In this document: piece after piece, positions 27,111 to 41,632 of the stretch
How the letters are laid out: every line of letters begins with the position of its first letter
Numbering within the stretch: position 1 is the stretch's first letter
Assembly: GCA_028534125.1 (NCBI GenBank)
Contig: CM052818.1
Location: 48,672,001 to 48,732,000 of the forward strand
From: Lama glama
Lineage: Eukaryota
DNA: 60,000 nt
Direction: 5' to 3'
Position numbers and translations under genes: made by a program
Notes under the pieces: model-generated
What the model saw: the letters and a program-made list of their open reading frames with translations, nothing else
Databases searched by the model: none
What the model was told of the DNA's origin: nothing

Positions 27111-28158
27111 CAGCCACGATTCTGAGCGGAAGGACAGGGTCAGGCAAACAAGAAAACAAGTTCGCCCAGGATAGAAATGTTTTGTTCAGGAGTGTGTTTC
27201 TAGCCCTGCACCCGACAAGATACAGAAGGACAGACGCCTGAAAAAGCAATGGCTTCTTTTTATGAGTTTAGGGGAGGGGGATCTATCCATGGTCTATTAA
27301 ATAATTTTCTTCTCAGTGCAATAAATGCTTAGAATACTTGTCTCACCTAGAATTTTTTTTTTCAGTTTTTGTGTTTTGATGGTGGGCTTTTGCTTTGGGT
27401 TGTCTTTTAATATCAAGGGAGCCTTTGTTTGTTGTGCTGGGTGGTTTGCTGGTGGCTAGTTCTCATTGTGCACCTAAATGAATTCCAGCAGAATATGAGG
27501 TCTGAGCTAGTTTTTCCTTCCCCTTCTACGGCTGATCTTTATTAGCCTCTAAGCTTGTGTCATTCATTTTAAAGTCATTAGTTAAAATAAAAAACAGAAC
27601 CATGTTGGTTTGAAAGCAAACAGAATTGTTTCATGTAAGATCCTCAGCAAACTCCTTGGTTGCCAGCTGCCCGGAATAGCAGACCTGGAGCCCCCGGGCA
27701 AAACCTGCTTTTGCACACGACACTTATTTTGGTTCCTCTGGAGTCAGATAGAAAGAAAAAGAAGAGAGCAGAGCCCCTCCTGAATGTTTAGTTTTTCTGA
27801 AAACCATGCTATTTTTTCCCCCAAATCACATCATTTATCTACAGCCTGCTTGTAGAACAAAAATATTGCAGTATTTAAATTTCAGCCATTGCATATTGGC
27901 ATCCAAACAATTTAGTTCTCACCACTTTTCACACCACAGTGTATCCATTGTCTATCTGACCTTAATGACTAAAAATTAATAATAATAAACATTTCTGTGT
28001 TATTACCCATATTCCCATTCTATAGGAGGAAATTGATAAAAAGGGAAGGCAGGGCTAGCGTGGCCATGACAACCGAGTCAGCGCGGGTGAAGTCAGGCCT
28101 CGGAGCCGTGCTCCCTGCCCACCACGCCTGTCCGCACTGGGCGTCGGAGTGTCCCTTC

Positions 28159-28615
28159 TGTAACGCTTGCAGGGACATACCCCTCCCCCATGTCCTCTGC
28201 TGCAGCTCTTCTCTGAAGGACCCAGACCGTAGTATCTCGTGCTTATTTCCTGAGTTTTTCCGATGCTTCAAACCACCACCAAAGGGGAGAAATGAGCTAC
28301 TTGATGCCGGAGAGCACGTGGCCCCCAGGCCTTCTGGTGCCCCGGGGTCGACAGTGTTGAACGCCCTGTTCCCTCACCATCAGCCAGTCAGAATCGTGCA
28401 CAGCTGATCACCTACCCTGTGACCCCGCCTTTCCTTATCTGGCCTTTGAAAATGCTTTGCTGAAACCCTTCAGGGAGTTCGGGGTTTTCTTGGACACGAG
28501 CCACCCCATCCTCCTTGCTCGGTCCTGCAATAAACCTTTCTCTGCTCCAAACACTGACATTTCAGTTTGCTTGGCCTCAGGGTGCAGCGGGCACGCAGAC
28601 TTGCCTCCGGTAGCA
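28159..28615 (+). mobile_element. Solo ERV1-class LTR with TSD
   Basis: TG...CA termini; 4-bp TSD cttc at 28155-28158 and 28616-28619; AATAAA at 28529-28534; 457 bp. Confidence 0.85.
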
Positions 28616-30499
28616 CTTCTGCAGGGGAAAGCGGGACTCTACATGGTTCTGAAACAAGACCAGTTTTGCCCACAAATGAAGGAAGCCCCTGCACTGATCT
28701 CGGCGCGGCTTCCCCTCAGCTTGCTGTGGAATGTGTGAGCTCGTGGCTGTGGAAACCTTTCTTACTGGAGCCCCCGGGACTTGCATATGATTGCTTAGGT
28801 CAACATGTCCTCAGGTTCCAGTTGGCCCTTCAGTGTCTCCTGTGCTCTGAACACCACCTCGGTCTTGTCGCTATGACAAGCCCTGCACCCCTGCTTGGAG
28901 CCAGGCTCCTCCATCAGGGTCACTCCGTCTGTCCTGCCTTCTCCCATCCTCCGGCACGAGTATTCGCTGGCCTGGTCCCCTGATGCTCAGACAATTTTCG
29001 GTGCATGAAACTTACAGTGCAGCTCACAACTGCCTCAGAATCTTCCACCTGTCACCATCCCTGACCGTGATAGTGATGCCACGTTGTCAATGGCCCTCAA
29101 TTCTGTAACACAAAGAAACGGCCTCTCTGTTCCCATTTCATCCTGAATGTTTAATTTAAATATGAAAAAGCTGTAGTTGAAGGGATGAAAAATAAAATCT
29201 CACAGTCACTGAGAGCTGGGAGGGTACTAGTATCTCTTAGACTGATGTTTCTGCATATTTCTTAGCAGGGAAAGTTTTCCACAAGAAACTTTGCAAGGAC
29301 CCCCACTTTGTGCAGTTGCTGCATGTGCCCCCTCTGCTGGGAGGGGCGTGGGGGAAGGCTGCATGTCGAGGGGCTGGCCTCATGCCCATCCGCCCTATTT
29401 TACTCCTAAAGGAAACTTCAGGCTCCTGGAAACAGGCTTTTAAAATCCACTGGTGTGGGACCACCTCCACATTTTATGTTACAGCAAACAGAGGAGTTAA
29501 GCACAGAGTCCAAGATCCCCTAGCTGGCTGGTGACAGGACCAGCACCGAAACCCAGACCGCCGGGTGCTTCCAGCTGTGATGAAGTACCCCCGGTTCCTC
29601 TCCGGATATTCCTTCACTGTTAATGGCCACGGTAACGACTTCCTTTTCTCGCCTGTTCGTCTGCAGAAGCACCGCCCTGGGGCCTCCAGGCTCATGGCCC
29701 CTCCACATCGAACAAGATAAGCCCCAGCCCCCGGGCTCCGGCCTCGTGTCTAACACCAGCTCTGTGTTCAGCAAATGTGTTCTCGGTTCCGACCAGATGG
29801 TGCGTAGCTTTCTGTGGAAACTTCTGGGTGGTCTGCAGGAACTGCCTCCAACCAGACACTGCTCTCCAGTAGGCGGTCTGAGGGTTTCCCACGGCTAGAG
29901 AGAGGCGGGGGGCCCGGCCTCACCTGAGGCCGCGGGGCAGCTGCCGCGTGGGCACCGGGGCCGGACCTCCTCCTGGCTGGTGGCCTTGCAGGACTGCAAG
30001 TTCACGTTCTGTCCCTCCGGGAGGGAGGCTGTCAGTGCTCTGTGCGTCCACTCTGTTCCCAGGGGCCTGGCCGCGTCCATCTGCAGCCTCTGGAGTCCAT
30101 TTCCCGGCTGCGGTCTGCGGCTGCCAGGCTGTTTCCAGTTGGAAGCTTCTTAAGTCTGGGCCGTTTGGGTCGTTGCAGTTTGTAGAGCATCGACGCAGGA
30201 CCGTGTAGGTGTGCGTGTTTCCGGAAATGCTTTCGAGGGGCAGTGAATGGAAGCGCTTGCTGGCTGGAACCTGCTTCGGTCGCTTCTCATCCACAGTGTG
30301 AATTTAACTAGGTCCCAGGAGGGGCAGGCCAGTTTATCTTTGGAGTGAAATAGCCAGATACAGCGAAAAAACAGGCTGGAAGTGAAGAGACCTTGAATTT
30401 TAGCAACAACTCTAGCTTTCTCTCTGACGCCAACTTTCCGCCTCTACTTGGTGCGGCCAGTTACTGCACCGGACAGCCATGCTTAGACACACACAGAAG

Positions 30500-30590
30500 C
30501 GGATGCATGTTGTTCACCTGAAGTTCAGGTTTAACTCAGTGTCTTGCTTCTATTTATTTATTTATTTATTAGCTGAATCTGGCCACCCTG
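30500..30590. mobile_element. MER53-like hAT fragment
   Basis: ttgttcacctgaagttcaggtttaact...gctgaatctggccaccct terminal motif. Confidence 0.55.
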
Positions 30591-31086
30591 CTCTAAATAG
30601 CTCCTGAGCTGCCCCCCCCTTTCCACCTAATTGTCATTCCCGTTTCAGACTCTGACCTCTCCCTCGTCTGGCTAGTTGGTTCTCCAGCGTTCAGGATGGT
30701 TTCCAATCCATTAACCGCTCTGCCACACAAAGAGCTGTGGGAACATGAATCTGCACCATTATTTTCTGGCTCAAGACCTCCTCAGTGGCTCCCCTCCTCC
30801 CTGTCCTGCAGAATCTCCCATCACCTCCACCTGGCACGTGGTGCTCCCACGTTCTGACCTCACTCGGAGTTTCCAGACACCCGTGCTCCCCTGTGCCCCT
30901 GTGCTATCTCTGTCTGGACTCTCTCTGCTTGTTCATCTGTTTGGCCGCTCTTCCTGGGGAAAGATGCTTCCTCTTCCAGGAAGCCCCCCGACTCCTTGGG
31001 TAGATTTTATCCCTGTACACACGCCTCCACTACACAGCTGTCATGTTGTACTGTGCTCCTTGTTTGCTTAAATGTCCTTCTTCCCA

Positions 31087-31431
31087 TGTGGTATGGACTG
31101 CATGTTTGTGCCCCCCAGAAATCCTATGCTGAAACTCTAGTTGCCAGTGTGATGGTGTTGGATGCTGGGCCTCTGGGAGGTGACTGGTTCCTGAGAGTGA
31201 GGCCTCCACGACGGGATTAGCGCCCCGGAAGGAAGTGATTGCTTCTCTCCACTCTTTGCTAAGGGAGACACAAGAAGATGAGGTCCGCACACCAGGAAGA
31301 AGACTCTTTCCCCAGGAATGGAACTGGCTGCCCTCAATTTGGACTTCCAGCTTCCAGAACCGTGAGATGTAAATTTTGGTCATTTAAACCTACAGTCTGT
31401 GGTAGTTCATAGCAGCTGGAGCAGATTGACA
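31087..31431 (+). mobile_element. MaLR LTR (MLT1A-like)
   Basis: tatggactgcatgtttgtgcccccca...ttggacttccagcttccagaaccgtgaga...agtctgtggta. Confidence 0.85.
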
Positions 31432-31441
31432 CCATGTAACA

Positions 31442-31492
31442 GCAACACCACCGCCACCACCACCACCACCACAACACAACAACAACAACACA
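31442..31492. repeat. (CAC)n/(CAA)n compound trinucleotide microsatellite
   Basis: Direct observation. Confidence 0.85.
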
Positions 31493-31687
31493 GTAATAAT
31501 AGCGGTGGTAAGCGTGGTCTCGCCTCCATTTAAATGAAAGCAAAAATCGAATTTCTGAGACTGAGATAAAAAACGTTTGCTTCAAATTCAGAAGCAATGA
31601 GATATTTTGTCATCGATTATTATAGATTCGCAGGTAAACGACCAGCCCGACAAACTGCTTGCCATTCTCATTCCTCACAGATTGCTC

Positions 31688-31850
31688 CCTATTGACGTGC
31701 AGTTGATTCACAGCGTGTTAGTTTCTGGCGTACCGCACAGCGATTCAGTCACACACACACGCGTATATGTATGCATGCCTTTTCAGATTCTTTTTCATTA
31801 TAGGCTATTACAAATTATTGAATATAGTTCCTTGGGCTGTATGGTAGGAC
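31688..31850 (-). mobile_element. Short L1 3' end
   Basis: gtgttagtttctgg...tttcagattctttttcattataggctattacaa...ttgaatatagttcc. Confidence 0.8.
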
Positions 31851-34479
31851 CCCCACAGATCTTAAATCTTAGAGTTCACAGAGAGAGCACATTCTGTCCC
31901 CCAAGGATGCCCCGAACCACCCTGACGACAGATGACACGCGGACTGTACTGTCGCAAGACCTCTCCCAGGCAGAGCAGGGCAGCGGGCGCGTGCGCGGGC
32001 TTCGGGAGCAGACGGTCCAGCCCGGAGTCCTGCTCCAGCCTCTTCCCGGCCGGCTGGCGTGGGCGAAGCCACGTGCCTTCCCGTGGCCTCAGCTTCCCCT
32101 GCCCGGGACGCTCTCTTTTCCGCACTAGGCAGAGTTCTCCTCTCACCCTTCTGCTGGGCTCTGCGGTCGTCCGCACGCTCCGTCCTTCCCTCCAGCACGC
32201 ACCAGACTGGGTCCCTTCACTCCTCAGGGCTCAGGCCGCAGGAGCTAGAAACCCTCCTGGGGCCTCGCCTGATGCCCTGGCCTCATCCACTCAGCACCGC
32301 CTGCCGGCTCTGGCCCTCGCTGGCACTCTGCCCAGGGACCCCCAGCACCGCATTTGCCCGCCGCCTCCTGCCCCAGCCACCCACCAGCCACAGGAATCCC
32401 CTGCGAACACCTAAAATGAGAGCCAGTGGCAAAATGTTCCCTGAGAGCATCAGAAATCTGTTGTCCTCCGTGCTGTGAGCTGAGATTTCTGGCACAACCC
32501 TCGGGGGAAGGCCCAGTTTCTATGTTCTCTGAGTAGCCAGGATCCAGGCAGACCTGCATTCTGTCTTTCTGCCCACCTGCATAGGTGCCTGAAACTCCAC
32601 CCGACGTGTCACACCCACAGAGTCAGCCAAACCCTGTCCTGTGCCTGGGGTCCCGGGTCTGGGTCCTCTCTACCTAAAGGCTCTGCCTTATTGTTTGCAA
32701 GAATGAGCAGCGCTAACGGTGATGTGCATTCCAACCAATGCAACTCAGACCTTCTGGATGGTGCTCCTGTCTCCTTAGCTGCTCACATAGTCAGACAGTT
32801 GCTGCACAACGTTATTCCCACGTGGAGGGTGTGCCTTTGAGTATCCTGCAATGCTTATATCACTACCCTTTATATATATTAAAAAAAATTGAACCCTCTT
32901 GAGCTTTGCTTTAAAACACTGCCCCCAGGGCCCTTTTCCATTTTGCTGTGGCAGAAGTTCTAGACAGAAGGGGGCTCAAAGCCCTGCTCTGGCACTGGCT
33001 GTGGCAGCAACAGGTCCTTTGGATTCAGCCTCAGTAGCCCCGGCTCTGGAATGGGATCTGGAATGTGGACCTGCCTGTGGGCTTGTTTCAGGAAGAAAAA
33101 GCGTCAGATGTCTTAGGCATCTTAGCACGGTGTGCAGGCTAGCACTATTAGCAACAGATGCTAGCTCTCTTCCACCACGCTCCGTTTGCAGTCTCCGTCT
33201 CCGCCCCTCCTTGTGTGTTTGTTTCTGTAAAGCACTGTGTATGTTCAGTGCTCTTCATCCCTTCCCCCCAGCTCTGCAGAGGCCTGGGGAGTGAACCTAG
33301 TATGACTCTGTCCAGAGCACAGTATGGGTTAAGCACATGTTTGTTGACACAGATTAGTTTATAACCGTGGTTTTCAAGGTCTTAATCTGAAAGAATGAGT
33401 AATTCTAGGAATTTTAGCTCGGGGAGAGGGCCATTAACAGAGATGAGGGAGATTTTCGGGAAAGAAAACAACATTCAGTGGTTCTCAGTTCCTATCTGTA
33501 AGAAGCTATCTCCTCTGCCAAAATGTGCGAGTGACAATCTAAAATATTCTGAAATCAATGACAGCGGGATTGGGTTTCTCCCAGAAAATTTGGGACCCTC
33601 TAGGTTTAATTTCTTCTCCAGGATTCTAAGCCTTCCCTTCCCCTTTGCTTTGCTCAGAGCATCTCTACAAAGCATGGAGGAAAGCAATCAGTCTGAATTA
33701 CTCAGGAGCTGATTTGCCGTAACTCCCTTTGGCCTCTTTTCTGCCAGGGGATCTTTTGAAAACTGAGACAATGTGGTGGAAATATTTACTGAGAAGTGGT
33801 TTCTTGAACAAGAACTCAGTTATTACTTCCTGAAAGAAGCAGTTCCTTTAACATCATCCAGCATGGGGCTTCCGACTGTACCTCAAATTTGGGTGAAGAA
33901 AGGAGGGTTGTGTCCAAAAAGCAGCAGGAAAGTTTGATGCCTCCAGCATCATTCTTTCTGGATGCAGCCACAAAGGTGATGTTAAGATGTGATACCTTAA
34001 TTCTGCTGTGATTGTGTAAACATTCATTTGAGATGTGAATAATTTGTCGTTAGTAACAAATTACTATATATTCACCCTACAGCTCATCTTGGCACAGACT
34101 TTATCACTGAGATCTATGCTCTGGGCTCAAGATTCCTTCCTCCTGAGATCTGACTACTTTCTTAGAACAGGAAAAGCAGACGTAAAAGATCCCCCAACAC
34201 TGAGAGAAGCACCTGAGAGCCTTCCACTCTGGGCTCAGCTTCCCAAGATGTAACGGGAAAACCCTGTTACAGCAGCTGCAGCCTTTCTCCCTGTTTCTCT
34301 CCATCCCCCGCAGACAGAGCAGCAGAATAACATGCAGACCTCAGCAGACCAAGATACCAGTGTTCAGAGTGTGTCACAGGGACTGGGGAACCTCACTAAT
34401 AGAAGGTTAACTCATCTTCCAATGATCTTTCCACATTCACAGCTAAAGGCCATCTTTCCTATGAACAAAATGGTCAATG

Positions 34480-36210
34480 ATCAGAAAAGAATAACAATCC
34501 CAAATATGTGTATGTGCAATAGCAGAGCTTCAAAACACATGGGGGAAATGTTAGAAGTTAAGGGACACATAGAATAGAGAAAAGGCAGACTCGTAGAGAG
34601 AGGTCAACAACATCTTTCTCAGTATTTCATACCACAAATAGGTACAAGATGCATAAGGACGTAGAATATTGAATGATGTCATCAATTGAATTAGTCTACT
34701 TGACGGTACAGGACAATACATCTAAAACTAGCAGAATACCTTATTTTCAAGTGCTCATTGATGAGTCATCAAGATAAAACATAGGCTGGGCCATCAAATA
34801 AACCCCAATAAATTTTGGGAATTTTGAAATCTTACAGATTATGTTCTCTCATCACAAACACTTGAATTAGAAATCAACAACATGAAAACAACCTAAATGT
34901 CCACTGAGGGATGACTGGATAAAGACATTGTGGTATACTTATACAATGGAATACTACTCAGCCATGAAAAAGAATAAAATAATGCCATTTTCAGCAACAT
35001 AGATGGACCTGGAGATTGTCATACTAAGTGAAGTAAGTCAGAAATGGAAAGAAAAATACCACATGATATCACTCATATGTGAAATATTAAAAAAAAAGGC
35101 ACACATGAACTTATTTACAAAACAGAAACAGACAGACAGAGAAAACATAGAAAACAAATTTACAGTTACCAAGGGGAGAGGGGGTGGGAAGGGATAAATT
35201 AAGACTTTGAGATTTGCAGATACTAATGACTGTTAATAAAATAGATAAACAACAAGTTTGTACTGTAGAGAACAGGGAACTCTATTCAACACCTTGCGGT
35301 ACCCTATAATGGAAAAGAACATCAAAACAAATATACGTGTGTATACATGTATGACTGAAACGTTATACTGTGCGCCAGAAATTGACACAACATTGTAAAC
35401 TGACCATACTTCAAAAAAAATACAAAGGGAAAAAATAAAAATAAAAGATAAAAATAAAATAGAAATATTTTAAAAATCATCAATTTCAGAAATAGAAAAC
35501 AAAACCCTACAAATAGGAAAAAACACCTCACTTCACAATAATTCCTGCATCAAAGAAAAAAATCACCAAGAAGGAAAATCAAAAAATGTTTCAAACTAAC
35601 TGAAAATTAAACGAAACATATAGTATGTGGAGGATGTTCCTAAGGCAGACTTTAGAGGGAAAGTTATTCTCTAGATGTTTATACTGAAGAAAGTTTCAAA
35701 GAAGAATAAAAAATCTAAGATTACAGAGTAGAAGTTAGGGGAAAAATGTACAAATCATATCTAAAATAAGTAAGGAAAAAAATAATGGAAACTGAAATTA
35801 ATGATATAGAATGCAAATAATATAAAAATTATCAAAGCTGAAATTTGGCTCTTTGAAAAGGTTGATAAGTTGAATATGCTGATCGAGAGTGAAAGAGAAG
35901 AAACACACAATGACTAGTGTCAGGAATGAGACGTGAGTACTAAGAATCCCATGAATATGAAAGTGTAACAGAGGGACATCAGCAATGTGTGCCAAAAAAT
36001 GTGTGATGGACAAATTCCTTGAAAAACATAATTGACTAAACATGACACAAAAAGGATTAGAAAATTGGACTAAATTATAAGTATGGAAGAAGCTGAATTC
36101 ATAACTACAACTCTTCCCACAAAGAATTCTCCAGACTTAGGTATCTTTGCTGCTAAATTTTGTCAAACACATAGAGGATAAGAAATAAAAATCGTACAGA
36201 ACATTCTCTC
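34480..36210 (+). mobile_element. Old L1 ORF2 fragment (endonuclease region onward) carrying a younger L1 insertion
   Basis: Degenerate ORF2 text (gcagaataccttattttcaagtgc, gacaaattccttgaaaaaca). Confidence 0.75.
34884..35470 (+). mobile_element. Artiodactyl/camelid L1 3' end inserted in an older L1
   Basis: Same subfamily text as 4802-5494; encodes the ORF2 C-terminus MDLEIVILSEVSQ; A-rich tail. Confidence 0.85.
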
Positions 36211-36214
36211 TAAG

Positions 36215-37835
36215 AACTTCTTATTAGTCTGTACAGACTTTTTATGTTTTCATGATTCAGTCTTGCTATTTTGTGCTTCTAGGAAATTACCCGTTTCTTC
36301 CAGGTTACCCAAATTGTCCAGAATTTTCTTTTATACTCCTTTGTATTTGTACATCATCAGTTATCATGTCCTCTTTCATTTCTGGCTTTAGTCATTTGAG
36401 TCTTCTCTCATTTTTTTCTTAGTTAATCTAACTAAGGGGTGGCCAATTTTATTGAACTTTAAAAAAAATCAACTCAATGTTGTAGATTTTTTCCTATTGT
36501 CTTCTATTAATTATTTCATTTATCTCTGCCTTAATTTTTATTAATTTCTTCCTTCTGCTAGTGTTGGGCTTAATTTGTTCTTTTTCTAGTTTCTTAAGGT
36601 GTAAAGCTAGGTTGTTGATTCAAGATCTTTTTTCTCCTTTAATATATGCATTGACAGCTGCCTACTTCCTCCTTAGCACCGCTTCTGCTACATCTTGTAA
36701 GTTTTGATATGTTGTGTTTTCGTTCTCATGTGTCTATTTCATTTGTAATTTTCTAAATTCCTTTGTGACTTCTTTGACTCACCTGTTATTAACAGTATGT
36801 TAAACAACATATTATTTTTTGTTTTATCTATTTATTATTTATTTTATTTCCACATATTGTGAATTTGCTAGTTTTCCTCGTGCTATTGATTTCTAGTTAG
36901 ATTTCATCGTGCTTGGAACAGACACTTCGCGTGATTTCAATCTTTCTGAAGAATATGTTATGACTTTCTTTCTGGCCTCATGTGTGGTCTATCATGCAGA
37001 ATGTTCCACGTGCACTTGAGAAGAATTTATACTGTACTGTAGTTAGATGGAGTGCTCCATGTATGTCTGTTAGTACCAACTGGTCTATAGGGCTTTTCAA
37101 ATTCAAGTTCTGTATTTCCTTATTGATCTTCTGACTGGTTGTTCTATCCATTATTGAAAGCAAAGTGTTTAAATTTCCTGCTAGTTTTATGTTGCTGTCT
37201 ATTTCTTCCTTCAATTCTTTCTCATATATTTAGGAACTTGGAGGTTTGGTTGTAAATCTCCTTGGTTAATTGCCCCTTTTATTATTATATAATGTCCTTC
37301 TTTGTCTCTAACAGTTTTTGACTTACAGTCTATTTTATCTGACATTAGTACAGCTACTCTTGCTCTCCTGTGGTTAAATTTTGCATGAAATATCTTTTTC
37401 CATCTTTTCACCTTCAACCTGTGAATGCTATCAGATGTAAAGTGAGTCTCTTATACCCAGCACATAGTTGGATCCTGGTTTTTTGTTTGTTTGTTTGTTT
37501 GTTTTCAATCCATTCAGCCAGTCCATGTCTTTTGATTAGGGAAATTAATCCTTTTACATTTAAGACAATAACTGATAGAGAGGAAGTTACTATTGCTATT
37601 CTGTTAATTATTTTATCTGTGTCTTGTAGCTTCTTTGTCTCTTACTGCCTTTCTTTGTGTTTCATTGAATAGGCTTTCTATAGTGATATCCTTTCTTTTT
37701 TCTTTTTGTGTATATTCTATAGGTACTATCTTTGCGGTTATCACTGAGGTTATATAAAACATTTTAAAGTTTTAGCCTCCTACTTTAAACTGATAACCAT
37801 TTAACTTCAATTACCTGCAAAAATTCTACTCTTTT
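36215..37835 (-). mobile_element. Antisense L1 fragment (ORF2 endonuclease region)
   Basis: Minus-strand translations resemble L1 ORF2 EN (KVKRWKKIFHA...VAVLMSDKIDCK..DKEGHYIIIKG; GNLNTLLSIMDR). Confidence 0.85.
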
Positions 37836-37839
37836 ACTT

Positions 37840-39660
37840 AATTTTATTTTTATCTACCAATAACAAGTTACTTAGAAAAGTTTAAAACATTCCATTTATA
37901 ATGTCATCAAGAAAATGTAAAATTCATGATACTAAACAACAGACATGCAACAACTCTATTCTGTAAAGCACAAAGCATTGCTGAGAGATATTTTCAAATG
38001 AGCTACATTAAGAGAGAGCTATTCCATGTTCATGGATTGGGAAATTCAATGTTGCTACAATGGCAATTTTTCCAAATTTGATCTATATACTCAACACATT
38101 CCCAGTCAAAATCTCAGTAAGTTATTTTTGTAGAAACTGACAAGTTGATTCCCTTTATATGTGAATGTAAAGTTTTTTTTTAAACCTAATATAATCTTAA
38201 AATGAAGAACAAAGTTGGAGGATGTACACTATCTGACATCAAGATTTATTAGATTACCTCACTAATCATGACAATAAGTTCAGGATAGACAAATATATCA
38301 AGCAATAATGAGTCAACAAATTGACCCCTCACAGATGTATTCTACTGATTTTCAACAAAGGTTACAGGGCAATTCAGTAGGGGAGCCCAAAGCATTTTTA
38401 TCATATGGTGCTGGGACAAATAGAGAAATAATTGTGTAAAAAACTAACTTGGCTTCTACCTCACATCATCACATAATTGTATCACAACACAAAACATAAC
38501 ATTTCTAAAAATATATTTAAAAAAAAATTTTTGTGACCTTAGAGTAGGCAAAGCTTTCCTAGGTAAGACATAAAAGTATTAGCTATAAAAGAAAAAATGA
38601 TAAATTTGCATTCATAGAAATTAATAATGTTGGCTCATCAAAAATCTATTAGAAAGATAAAAAAATTAGTTGCAGACTGCAAAAAAATTCAAATGATAAT
38701 ACATCTAATTAGCAAAATATTTATATCCAGAATACACATAAAACTACAAATCAATAGCAAAAAGTAAGGCAAACCCAGTTAAAAATGGGTAAACTACTTA
38801 AATAGACATTTCACATGGAAATAACATGCATGAACAAAAAGCATCTGAAAAGAGGCTAACTATCATTAGTCTTCAAGGAAACATCGATTAGAACGATGTG
38901 GTTATATAAAGACTCACAGTTTCTGCTTGGCCAAAAATGCCATCAACCAAGTCCAAATGCAAATGACAAACAGAAAAAAATGTATATATATTAAAAATTA
39001 CAGGCAATGCCACTGCACACTCTCTAGAACAGCTAAAAACAAAAAGATTGAACATAAGCTGTTAAACAACTGGAGCCCCTGATTGTTACTGGAAGGAGCA
39101 GCAAATGTTAAAAGCACTGGAAATTTGCCTGGTGTGTATATGTGTGCCAGCAACTGCACTTCTAAGCATTTATTTGAAAGAAATGAAAATCTATGCACAC
39201 ATAAGGACCTGAATAAAAATATTTGTAGCATCTTTGTTTACAATGCCCCAAATTAGTAACAACCAAAATGTCCATCAACCAAAGAATTCATAAAAAATTT
39301 AGAAGCAATTATTTGGACATATATACAGTGGAATGCTACTCGGCGATTTTTTTCAAAAAGAACTACTCATATTGGCAATATGGATGAATTCCGAAAATTT
39401 TGTCGTGTGCAAAATGTCAGGTATAAAATATACCTACACGATCCCCTTTATATGTAATTCAGAGCAGGCAAACTCCAGCTGTAGTCCCAGAGATCAGAAA
39501 GAATCCTGGTCATTGTGGAGCGAGGAAGCAGATTGTTGGCAGGCTTGAAAACTCTCTATTTTGACTGGCATGATGATTACACAGGTGTGCACATAGATAT
39601 TTACATTCGTTAGAATTCATCAACTTGAAATTTAAGATCGGTGCATTTTACTCTAAGTAT
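37840..39660 (+). mobile_element. Old L1 (L1M-type) ORF2 3' part and 3' UTR
   Basis: ccatgttcatggattgg...gaagaacaaagttggagga...caaccaaaatgtccatcaac. Confidence 0.8.
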
Positions 39661-40934
39661 ATTTTACACACCCACACGCACACACACATATTTAGATGAT
39701 CACTTCATCAGAGCCCTGGCTCCTCCCCTGGTGCAGCCCACACACAAGCCTGGCTCTGGTTTTTAGCCCAACGCCCAGAGGGTCTTTGTTCCTTTTCTCT
39801 CAAAAGCATCCAGTGATGGATGGGGGGTTGGCTCTGGGGTCCAGTCTGGTTTCACTTCTGTCTCAGTCACTTACTTACTGTGGGAATTAAGGCTCTTACT
39901 TAACCTCTCTGAGAGTAATTTTCCTCCTTTTCCGACAGTGGAAAGTAACGTCAAGCTCGTAGGCTTGTTGAGAGAATTAAAGCTGAGGAAAGCCTACGGA
40001 TGGTGTTAGCCTCCCTGAGGCTCAGAGGGCAGGTACCGCGTCCATTCCCTTGTCTACGCACAGAAACATGCAGATGAAAAAAGCTCTAAAAAACTCGTCT
40101 ACTTTCAAGCTGCGACTTGAAAGAATTTTCTATTTACCCCATTCAAAATATTTCTCTAATTTTGCAACCTGTATTTATATTCCTCGGCGCGTGTACAGAA
40201 TACCCACAATGACTTGGTCTCTGGTAGGAAGGAGCACTCGGCACACTCCTAACTTAGTCTTTCTGGTTAGCACTCCTCACCTCCTCTTCAGACAACAAGT
40301 ACCAGCAGCTCAGAGCTGGTCGAGCGGGCTGTCAGGGAGATCATTGGGACATAACATGGTCTCCACACAGACATGGGTTCATTTACTTCGTATGGATTAT
40401 CTAACAAAGCAATGAGGAAGCAAAAACACGGACAGTTAATTGATAAAGTAGAAAAGATCAAACACACTTCAGAGAGCAAAGCCAACCTTCCTTTTAACCA
40501 TAGATGTTCCTAATTTGGAAACATCTGAAAATGATTTACTTGTGAGATGTTCAAGTTCAGGAATGGAATATGGGCCTTTTCTAAAAACACTCTATCTGCA
40601 TTGTGGTTTATAATGTAGGCATGTCAGAAATACTCTGTAAGAAGTTCTAGCAGGAGGAAAAGACCATCTGGTCCATCATTCCGGACTCTCTGTTTTAGTT
40701 CAACCCTGCCTTCCTGCATTTTCACTCCGCCCTTTAATCCTTTCCTCTTCCAGGAAAAAGATCCAAGTGCTTATTGAATTCATTTATACTGTTGCCCTCA
40801 ACGGCATTGTCTGGTAACCTCTTCCATATGTTTCTAAGCCTTCACTTTAAAATAAAAGAAAAGCTGCCTACCTTCCTTCAGTATTTCTGTCTGTTCAGTG
40901 TGTCAACTTTAGTCTTCAGTCTTAACTGTTCACC

Positions 40935-40936
40935 AA

Positions 40937-40987
<51 letters not shown>

Positions 40988-40988
40988 A
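40935..40988. repeat. (TAAA)n microsatellite
   Basis: About 13 near-perfect units. Confidence 0.95.
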
Positions 40989-41173
40989 TTGCTAACTCTT
41001 TGGTTTAGTTCATACAAAGCCCCTATTTTTTTTTTAATTTCAATTTTTTCAATGACAGACCACTAAGGTCTTTCAAAATAATCTTATGACTTGACAAATT
41101 CATTCTACTCTCAGTTTTCCTGAAATGGAACATTTCCCTATGTAATACACAGCTGATGAGAAAACTGGCCCTG

Positions 41174-41578
41174 TGTATCAGTCAGCATAAGCTAAGTTGT
41201 GCTGCAGTAACAAACAGTCTGAATCTTTCATTGCTTAGAACAACACAAGATTTGTTTTCTGGCTCACAAGATACATTTAATGTGGGTCAGCATTTGGGTT
41301 CTGCTCATCTCAGTCACTCTGGGGCCTTGGATAAAGGAGGTTCCCTCTCCACACATGCCACACAGATCACTCCATCTGTGGGACAGAGATATGATGGATG
41401 CACACTGACTCTTAACTCTTCTCTTTGAAAAGTGAAACAGCTCTCTTTTGTTCATATTTTTCTGGCCAAAGCAGGTCATATTTCCACTTAATGTCAAAAG
41501 GGTGGAGAAGTATACTTTTTTTCCAGGAAGGAGGCATTCTGAGAGGATTTGGTGGATGGTTGTGCTGACTACCATGCC
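41174..41578 (-). mobile_element. Old MaLR LTR (MLT1J/K-like)
   Basis: tgtatcagtcagcataagctaagttgtgctgcagtaacaaac...tggccaaagcaggtcat...gactacca. Confidence 0.65.
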
Positions 41579-41632
41579 AAGTGATGTTGACTAAATGGAC
41601 CAGATACCCAAGCTGATACTGCTGGTTTGGGT

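Noticed and set aside
36978..37417. ORFs resembling an AP-like endonuclease
   Set aside because: Frameshifted L1 ORF2 relics, not a host gene
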